From: Lytechinus pictus
Lineage: Eukaryota
Direction: 5' to 3'
DNA: 64,000 nucleotides
Assembly (NCBI RefSeq): GCF_037042905.1
Contig: NC_087246.1
Coordinates: 61,256,001-61,320,000 of the forward strand
Shown here: positions 1-8,530 of the stretch, piece after piece
How positions within the stretch are numbered: the first letter of the stretch is position 1
Layout of the letters: every line of letters begins with the position of its first letter
Made by a program: the position numbers and the translations under genes
The notes under the pieces: generated by a model
Seen by the model: only the letters and a program-made list of their open reading frames with translations
Database searches by the model: none
Told to the model about the DNA's origin: nothing

Positions 1-1878
1 GCTCCAAAATGCTAGGCTCACTTCTCCCCGGTCACCACATCCCTTAACACATTGAAGCCTCTGAAAGGGGGTTGTTCCCGATATGACATTAAAAACCCCA
101 CCCCTGCTATATTCTATATTATACCTATTACGTTATAGTTCTTATCTCTGTAAATTAAAAATATCGCTTTTGAAAGTAAGAATTTTTTCTCTTTCATTTG
201 GCTCTCTTCCGTATGAATAAATGAAAAGCCAACTGGAAAGGGTAACATCATTGCAAGCCCCCTTCTAGAATTATCCCTCTTAAATGAAGTGAAAACACAT
301 GCTGTGCCCTCATTTACATTATACACCAATCTGGGCCTGATGGGTGCTGAAATGGTTATGAAATCATTCTCAAGCATTTGTAATTTATTTTGCTCGGTCG
401 CTAAGCCCTCTCGCATATAGAAACATACGGCTATACGCATAGGCGGATCCAGGGGCCCTATTGGCGGAGCAAAAAATGAAGAAATAAAAGGGAAAGAAAG
501 ACAAAAAGAAAAAGAAGGGGAAAGAAAGAAGGAAAAATAAGAGGACAAAATAAGAGGAGGGAGACGAGTAAATGAAATAAGGTCAGGGAAGTCTTGGAAA
601 ATGATTTTTTTTAATATTTAATGTCACTATATTAAATTTTCGCTCTCACATTGCATGTTCGATGAGATACACATCTTGCTCAATAGGCTGATATGTATCA
701 AGTTTTGAAGTCAATATTCAAAGCATATTTCAGCTCGAACATCGAGCTTTCATTATTTTGTTTGATTTACAAATTGATTTGTTTAAGTGCCCCGTAAAAT
801 GTCCGTTTTATGTTGTGAATATATCATTTGCAGCCATAATGGTTAGTTTCGGTCATTATCGCTCATTTGGTTTACCATATCGAAAACTTGTATGCAGTGT
901 ACCGGACATGTAAAAACATAGCAGACGACGTTTGCAGACCTCGCGATCATCGTATGACTAGTGGTGCGGAATGTTCCATTGCGGCTTTATGGGGGTAAAT
1001 AGCATTACAGAGGGATAAAATGTATACACAGATAATGTTTCAGCGTTGATTCGCAATATTTTGAGTCAATTTCCATGAATTATCGTTGTTTGAACATTTA
1101 AACATAATTATAAAATGAAAGAAATAAGCAAAACTTAATTTTCAGACTTAGCTATGCAGTGGTAAGCTAGGATGCACCCCTCGTATGCATAATGGACCCG
1201 TCACGAGTCTAGGTTTGCTCTTCGGACATCACTATCACAAAGAAAATCTCCTCTGATTTGATGATAAAAGTGCCCTATTTCCTTATTAACCAATCTCCAT
1301 GGTTCTTTCATGAGTATTTGCCTTACAATGTGCCCTTTATTGTAATCTGGGCGGAAATTCATGATACCACCACCCACCGATGTGACGACGGATATAATCC
1401 ACCCGGGTACTATAAAAATGTCCCCCAAACCCATTATCCCAATACATATTCCTGACTATGGATGGTTTCTAGTGATTTTAATGTAATAAAGTGCCATATT
1501 TCCCACCAATTGAATGTAAAAAAAATTATGGTCATCTGATAGAAGAAGTTGTTACCATTCATTTCAGGGGGGCGGAAATTCTATCTGAATCAACGCTTGT
1601 CCTTGATACACATTTGTTTGTGAAAAAAGGGTATAATGCAAGGGAATTCTGCGTGTTATAAGGGTGCGCGCGTGCAGCGAGGACCTTCTGTCCGCTAGTT
1701 TTCCATATGTAGCAGACGATGCTAGCCTGCTAGTATATAGTATACTTACGCAGACCCGATTGCAAATTGCTTCCTCAAACTTTAGCTATATTATAAATAT
1801 TAGTAGGCAAAGCTTTATAGTACAAGAACATTGTTACTTTCAACATTGAATGCGTTAATTAAGTTTCTTTGGACTGTA

Positions 1879-3088
1879 TTAAAGGGGAATGAAACCTTTG
1901 GAATAATTAGACTTGTGTCGAAACAGAAAAATCAAAGAAACAGATCAACGAAAGTTTGAGAAAAATCGGACAAACAATGACAAAGTTATAAGCATTTCAA
2001 TATTGCAATCACTATTGCTATGGAGATCCTCCCATTGGCAATGCGACAAGGATGTGTGCATGATGTCACATGTGAACAACTTTTCCTTTGATGGACTATA
2101 AAATACCCCCACAATGTCTCTTTTTGCTTTTTCTTATGGTGATACAAACTCTTTATCCATGATGTATTCTTTAACAAATCTCTATTACATGCCCTCCTAT
2201 AGAAAGAACACATGATCTACTGATAGATGTGATGAAAGAGGCAATTTAAATGAAATATATACTAAAGTAATGGGGAGCGATTGTTCGCAAGTGACATCAC
2301 ACATCTTTGTCGCATTGCCAATGTGAGGATCTCCATAGCATTAGTGATTGCAATATTCAAATGCTCATAACTCTCTCATTATTTGTCCAATTTTTCTCAA
2401 ACTTTCATTAATCTGTTTCTTTGATTTTTCTGCTTATATACATACAAGCTATGTTGTTCTTAAAGGTCAAGTCCACATCAGAAAAATGTTGATTTGAATC
2501 AATAGAGAAAAATCAGACAAGCACAATGCTGAAAATTTCATCAAAATCGGATGTAAAATAAGAAAGTTATGACATTTCAAACTTTCGCTTATTTTTCACA
2601 AAATAGTTATATGAACGAGTCAGTTACATCCAAATGAGAGAGTCGATGATGTCACTCACTCACTATTTCTTTTGTTTTTTATTGTTTGAATAATACAATA
2701 TTTCAATTTTTACAAATTTGACAATTAGGACCTCCTTGCCTGAACCACAAACCGTTAAAATAATGGAATTCCACGTGTTCAGGAAGGAATGAAACTTCAT
2801 ATCACATGACAATGACGAGAAAATCAAAATAATTCATATTTCATATAATAAAATACAAAATAAATAGTGAGTGAGTGATGTCATCAGTTCCCTCATTTGC
2901 ATACCGAACGAGATGTGCATATAACTGTTTTGTGAAATGAAGCGAAACTTTAAAATGTCACAACTTTCTTATTTTACATCCGATTTTGATGAAATTTTCA
3001 GCGTTATGCTAGTTGGATTTTTCTCTTTTTATTCAAATCAAGTTTTTTTTGGAGTGGACTTGTCCTTTAAGGTTTCATTCTCCTTTAA
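1879..3088. mobile_element. TTAA-flanked MITE (Kolobok/piggyBac-type), host of a nested MITE
   Basis: TTAAAGGGGAATGAAACC ... GGTTTCATTCTCCTTTAA termini and long imperfect internal inverted arms (about 1930-2075 vs 2290-2430). Confidence 0.7.
2460..3070. mobile_element. TTAA-flanked MITE nested in the right arm of the 1879-3088 element
   Basis: TTAAAGGTCAAGTCCAC ... GTGGACTTGTCCTTTAA. The same family occurs at 19422, 42608 and 46936. Confidence 0.75.
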
Positions 3089-5722
3089 TTGTTTCAAATA
3101 AAAAGGGTCTAGGAACGGAAACTACCATACGTTAGTCACGTGACGTTGTACACAGAAATATGCCATGTTCTGCCTGCTCGATCTCAAAGTTTGGGAGAAA
3201 AATGAGATGTAACCATTATACCAGTCATAAAGTATTATACATCAAGCTGTAGGTAATCCATTTAGCATTGAGATGACAATCAATCTCGACCTTTCTGACC
3301 CTTAGGGATATTCCAGGGGGAAAACAAAGGTGCTGGTGTCTCGAAAATATGGGTGGTTTTCGACCGTTTGCCATAACAAGATTTGTGAACATGGACACTT
3401 TCAAATCAACAGCGAGACGTAAATAGTGACTTAATTGTAATAATATTTACATTAAATTAATGGAATTTGATAAAATTTTCACACTATTATCAATCTGGTG
3501 TGAGATTATTAATAGTTATAAAGATATATTCCGATTTCTGCAATATTACGTTCATGAAAACAACTGTTCCCTGTGTTGAAGCTGTGTGTGTGGACTTTCG
3601 GACACTCAAATGCACGCGACTAACCATTATGTTTTGCGCTGTGCGCTCGCATTATTTGATTTGCCAAGTAGGCCTACATATTGTCTTTGTTTATTCCATA
3701 AGATTCATTATATATCAATTATATAACAAACTAATTATTATCCCCCTTTTATGACAGTTTATCAAAAATTTCGTCTCGCGATTTGCGCTCGCAATAATTT
3801 TTACAAATATATCAACTCATGAACCCTATTCATGATTACAAAAGTTTTTCATGCCTCAATGTCAACAAATTTCACTCACTCATTAGGCTTATTAAATTAA
3901 TAAATATGATGATAAAATTTTCATGAATTCCTAATAACTAAATTGTCCCCTTTTCAGAAAGGAATATCGGCAAGTTTCATATCGCACTTAGGAAGAGGAA
4001 TATTTTTTTTTTTCATATGATTACAAAATGTCCTTTGGCCTAGAATGTCCAGGTCCTAGGTCAAAATAGTAATAAAAATATCAGCTCGCGCCCTCGCTCT
4101 CGCATAATTTATTAAGTGCTATCCACATCCACTTCATAATTCCACTACACAGTGCTTAAGATACTAGTAGTGCTTAAATTCACCCTTTTCATAACGGATC
4201 AAATTTTATCATATTTTCTGCTCGCGCTTCCCGCTCGCATTATTCATTTTCATGATAAAAAATGAAATGAATTCAGAATGCCCAGATTCTGTCTAAATCT
4301 AAAACGCGCGCACACATGTTTATTGAATACGCAGCTTGATCTTTATTCAAAACTTGCTAAAATTATCCAGTTTCAGATCAGAACATCAAAATTTTTATGC
4401 TTGCGCTTTGCGCTCGCATCATTAATGTAGGAAGATACCAAATTACCCATCCTTTTTCATGATTTACAAAACAAGAATAGGGTGTCCAATTTTTAGGTCT
4501 GAAATCTCATTTTTTTTCCGCTCGCGCTCCGTGCTCGCATCATTATTGTTCGGTTAGTTACCTATACCGTTATCGGTTACAAAAAGTGCTTAAAATGTCA
4601 ATTTTTTTTAGGTCGGAATGTCAAAAATTTTCAGCTCGCGCTTCGCGCTCGCATTATTTAATAATAGTTAAAATATGCATCGTCCTAATGGTTAACTGCA
4701 AAACGTTCTTAACAGGTCCCTTTTTGATCAAGCCAGAACCCATATTAAAAATTACTGCTCGCGCTTCGCGCTCGCAGTAATGATCTAGTTACATAAGTAT
4801 CCTGTTCAGGTTTACAAACTATCTAAATAGGGCTTATGAGATTATTACACTTATCTAAGAATGAAGCTAAGAAATGACTGTTAAGACATGGGCGTTTTGC
4901 CCCCCCCCCCCCATTTTTCACCACCAAGAAAAAAAAGAGAAAAGGAAAGGGATAAGAAAGGAACATAGGCCTATTTTTTTTTCCAAGTGTTATGTAAAAA
5001 ATGTCAAAATTTTTGCTCGCTCGCAACTTCTTATTCATTTTTGTTAAGCTCATTTCGCCACTGGGACAACCCCTTCAAAGAAACAAACAAAATTCAACTA
5101 TGAGCGGCCGATCGGGGAAAATATGGATGAAAAAAATTCGCCCCCCCCCCCCTATTGGCGGAAGCTGGATCCGCCCCTGGCTACGAAATCCTACGACACA
5201 CTCAGAACCCATTTCCCTGATCTTACGGAAACGCACTAGATTGAGATGTCTTGTAAAGTAGATTCTTTAGAGGATGCCCGACTGCTGCGCTGCATCGTTT
5301 TGTCTTTTTTGATGCCGATTAAGGTGAGATAATATTAGAATTGTTGAAAAAGATATTGCCCTTTTCAGTTTGCAGTGTGTGAGTGGATATTCCATGTGCA
5401 ATTCGCATTATTATTATGAAGATTTATTGAATTATAACCTCTCCTTCGTGTGTGTGGTTTGTTCTTGGTATTCACAGCGCAAACAGGCCCAGGCCAGGGA
5501 GCTCCGCCGCCAGGCTAGGGCCGACTCGTGGCCAAGCTCTGGTGCGACTTACCTCAACTTGATGTTCGTGCAGGCTCCACTCCACTTCAGTCACTACCGC
5601 TGCACTACGCTCCACCCACCCGAACCTCAAGGTGGTGAACTCATTTTGATAGTTTGAGTGACAAAGGTGGGGAAAAGTGCATAATTATAATTTATAGTGA
5701 AAAATATACGTCGAAACGGCAT

Positions 5723-6093
5723 TATAGTAAACTGACTATATGGATGTTAACCTAAATAAAGTAAGCTGGATTACCGAGAACCATATACTCACCTTAATCC
5801 TGGGTCAGTCCGTCTTAATCTTACAAAGGATGAAGACTTCGATGACTTGTAAGTATATAGAGCTTGTCGTAGAACTTGTAAGTAGACTTGTCGTAGAACC
5901 TGATGACTCGTGTGAACTTGAGGGACGTATACGTAGTAGACTGTAGTACTGTACTGATCGAGAGCTGAACGTGAGAATGCGTCTGATCTTGGGATCCTGA
6001 TTCTGCGTACGTATGGAGGGTTTCTGGGGGGCATGGTCGCACGCACGGTCGCGCGTATTGTAGCACTTCGCGCGGGCGACCAAGTTCCCCATA
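5723..6093 (-). repeat. 3' LTR (371 bp)
   Basis: Identical by eye to 17590-17960 (offset 11867). The ORF-track peptides in both copies are identical. Confidence 0.95.
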
Positions 6094-6101
6094 TTCCCCC
6101 C
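6094..6101 (-). promoter_or_regulatory. Polypurine tract
   Basis: GGGGGGAA on the minus strand directly abutting the 3' LTR. Confidence 0.8.
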
Positions 6102-6574
6102 AACCGTAAAAATAAAGGGGAGATTGATTATTAACTGTACTTTCCTAATCACTCATGTAGATATAAAGATAGGTCTGAGGAGTGGACAAAAAAGTAACAA
6201 TAAACCGGTACATGTAGTACCAGGAATAAAAACACTCGTCCTAGACCCCTGAAAGGAACTATTTACTTCCCAGTATCTCGGAAATATCACGAAAACATAT
6301 ACTAAGGAAATTTAGGTTTCTTTCCCTATACTCGTGGGCATTAAACAGACCCTCAAAAAACTTTATTGAACATATACATATATATGTATACGTATGTCTT
6401 TAGGTTACGAGCTACTAAGCATGTAGTTCATGTAGTTCATGTAGTTCATGCGTGAAAAGGACTATTTACACACAAAAAAAATATGGATGGCCCCAAATCT
6501 CAATCCCCAAACTTTGGAGGATGATAACCAAGTAATAAGCCTTGCTTGACCAGCAGACTTTAAAACTAAATTGA

Positions 6575-6870
6575 AGACCATATCGCCTGGATATCATTAA
6601 AGGAAATGTATAATTTTACCTGTGACGTCACTCGGCACAATGGTTGAAATAACTAAAAAACTTTGTGTGACACAACTTGGCACAATATTGTCTTTGAAAA
6701 CCAAACCTATATCCGCTGGATAGTATGTAAAGAAATTTATAAACTCACTTGTGACGTATTTTGGCACCACGGTTGGAATAAATATAATATCACCTGGATA
6801 TATAACTTTACGTGCGACACAATTTGGCACAATATTTCAAAAAACTAAACCAATGTCCCTTGGGCTTTAT
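6575..6870 (-). repeat. Degenerate motif array in the retrotransposon 3' UTR
   Basis: Four copies of TG(T/C)GAC-N5-T(T/C)GGCAC (about 6621, 6666, 6750, 6813) interleaved with ATATC..CTGGA motifs (about 6580, 6709, 6788). Confidence 0.6.
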
Positions 6871-7214
6871 GGAATATAAGAGTCCGCAACCTTTACCAGT
6901 CCCTGAAGACTAAGGAGGGTCCGAAAGATGACAGCCAACAGACACTTTCCACTTGGGAATGTAAAATCTGGTCTAGTTCGGCCCGGTACGTTGGGAAAAC
7001 TTCTCAGTCCTTCTCCGCCACGATACAGAATAGAAACGTTCTCCGGAGAGAGAAAATACTGCATCGCAGAAGAGAAGAACCTAAGACCCCTCAATTACAT
7101 GGATAGGCCGCGACTTTATCTTTTAATTAACCTCCAAAGTAGGAAGGGCAAGATTTTGGACAGAAAAATAAAACATGAGACAGGGGCCACCAAAAAAAAG
7201 AATAACATACCCTA

Positions 7215-8507
7215 TTACCCTAACAGGCCATACAGTAGTTTTGCATTGTATGTGGCTTGGGCCATTATAGTGGCCAAGGGCTGCCCCCGCAGGTTGGCTA
7301 CCACCGCCCCCACATCACCCAGGCTTTCAGGTGAAGTCACCGTCATGTCCGGGCGAGGAGGGAGATGCGGAGCATCGGTCTCCAGAATTAGCCGATCCGC
7401 GGGGACGGCCCTAAGGCCTTGAATTTGTTCTGTTGTGAAGTACGCTGCCATCCCGGCAATACCGAAATAGCAATATGGAAAGGCAGCGATCCATTTCCCG
7501 GCTTGCAAAGCATCGCTGGAGAAGTTATGGATGTGTATCCTTTGGAGTGGGGAGCAGTGCTTTGCAAGAAGCCGGCGGGCCAAAGTGTGCGCCGCGTACG
7601 CGGTATTATTCTTCGAATCACCCCTTAGGTGAAGGATAAGGACCCTCCCTTGGGTGCCCTGACCAAGAAGTCGCAGAAAGAGCGCTTCCTGGTCAGGCCA
7701 CCACTGGGAGTTGACAGAAAAGTCAAAGCCCAGTTCGCTTACGCCTACAACCAAGGGGCTTTGAAGTAGGGCAACCAAACGCTGCCACTGATCTTCGGTG
7801 TACTGTGAGGCCTGTTTAGGGTGTATCCCTACTGCTAATCTCCAGCTCCCGTCCCTCTTGTTGTATGGGGGGCTGTGAGCCAGCACCCGGGAAAGAAAGC
7901 CGGGGTCCATAAAGAACTCTGGGTCACAGAAGTTCAGGACCCCTCCGACTATCTCTACCGGGTGCTTTGTCACCACGCTCTTCCCCTTTCTCTTACTGTA
8001 CCAACCACACCTGTCTGGGTGAAAATGGCTATCAAACCCTAGTAGAGGCGGGGGATGGGAGCTCGGAGCAGGGGCGGGGGCATCCATTAAAGAGAAATCT
8101 TCTCGGTTGAGGTAATTCAAGAGACCCCTCCCTCTCCCCTTACTATGGAAAGTACCGGGCGTGCCGGGTGTTATGGGACCCTTGCGGACCCTTGCGAACC
8201 CTCTCCCCCTCCCCATTCCTTTGGATGGCTTAACGCCCTTCATCATGACAGGGGCAGGACCGGGAGTTTCCTTTAGGGAATTAGGGGAATCCCTGGACCC
8301 TGCCCTTAACCGACTCCGTAATCGACGCAACTTACGGAGCCACGTACGTTTTTGTCTACTGCCAGGGGGCGGGATTGGGCCCATCCGTGCATCTATTTCT
8401 GCTTGCCAGGCAGCCTCTGGAGGGATAGCCTCTGGGGGGGTAGAGGGGGGCCGGGTGTCCATTTCCACCTCGAAGGTTGACTCGGCGTGGAGTTCTAGCT
8501 CATCCAT
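7215..8507 (-). CDS. Retrotransposon ORF3: TatD-family (TATDN2-like) metal-dependent nuclease with a ~155-aa basic/Pro-rich N-terminal extension, 430 aa
   Basis: TatD motifs in order: FDSHFH (DxHxH), NFCDP (TATDN2-like), VGIHP, SELGFD (GEIGLD-like, Glu retained), LILHLR, IHIHNF, LILETDAP. Intronless, lying between pol and the 3' LTR. Confidence 0.92.
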   Translation of the reverse strand: MDELELHAESTFEVEMDTRPPSTPPEAIPPEAAWQAEIDARMGPIPPPGSRQKRTWLRKLRRLRSRLRAGSRDSPNSLKETPGPAPVMMKGVKPSKGMGRGRGFARVRKGPITPGTPGTFHSKGRGRGLLNYLNREDFSLMDAPAPAPSSHPPPLLGFDSHFHPDRCGWYSKRKGKSVVTKHPVEIVGGVLNFCDPEFFMDPGFLSRVLAHSPPYNKRDGSWRLAVGIHPKQASQYTEDQWQRLVALLQSPLVVGVSELGFDFSVNSQWWPDQEALFLRLLGQGTQGRVLILHLRGDSKNNTAYAAHTLARRLLAKHCSPLQRIHIHNFSSDALQAGKWIAAFPYCYFGIAGMAAYFTTEQIQGLRAVPADRLILETDAPHLPPRPDMTVTSPESLGDVGAVVANLRGQPLATIMAQATYNAKLLYGLLG

Positions 8508-8530
8508 CTGAAAAGAGAAAAGGAAATGGG
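8508..8530 (-). promoter_or_regulatory. 3' splice acceptor immediately preceding the TatD ATG
   Basis: Minus strand reads pol stop TAA-CCCATTTCCTTTTCTCTTTTCAG|ATG. Confidence 0.75.

Larger units (their letters stand above)
438..5179. mobile_element. Large composite non-autonomous hAT-like element with internal GCGCTCGC-motif repeats and nested insertions
   Basis: Termini CATAGGCGGATCCAG (438) and CTGGATCCGCCCCTG (5179). Degenerate flanks gctatacg/gctacgaa. Many CTCGCGCTTCGCGCTCGC-like motifs at 3600-5025. The right end is homologous to the element at 30406-31090, which has an 8-bp TSD. Confidence 0.45.

Noticed and set aside
5740-6152. Several overlapping short ORFs duplicated at 17607-17964
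   Set aside because: They are simply the LTR sequence read in different frames.
6928-7422. 164-aa plus-strand ORF, and other antisense ORFs over gag/pol/TatD (e.g. 8161-8511, 10013-10405, 13676-14089)
   Set aside because: No recognisable domains; expected shadow ORFs of GC-richer coding sequence.
7215-8507. ORF3 as an env gene, or as bacterial tatD contamination
   Set aside because: It has no signal peptide or transmembrane segment and has clear TatD motifs, so it is not env. It lies within the LTRs, has a spliceosomal acceptor and a TATDN2-like FCDP motif, so it is not a contaminant.
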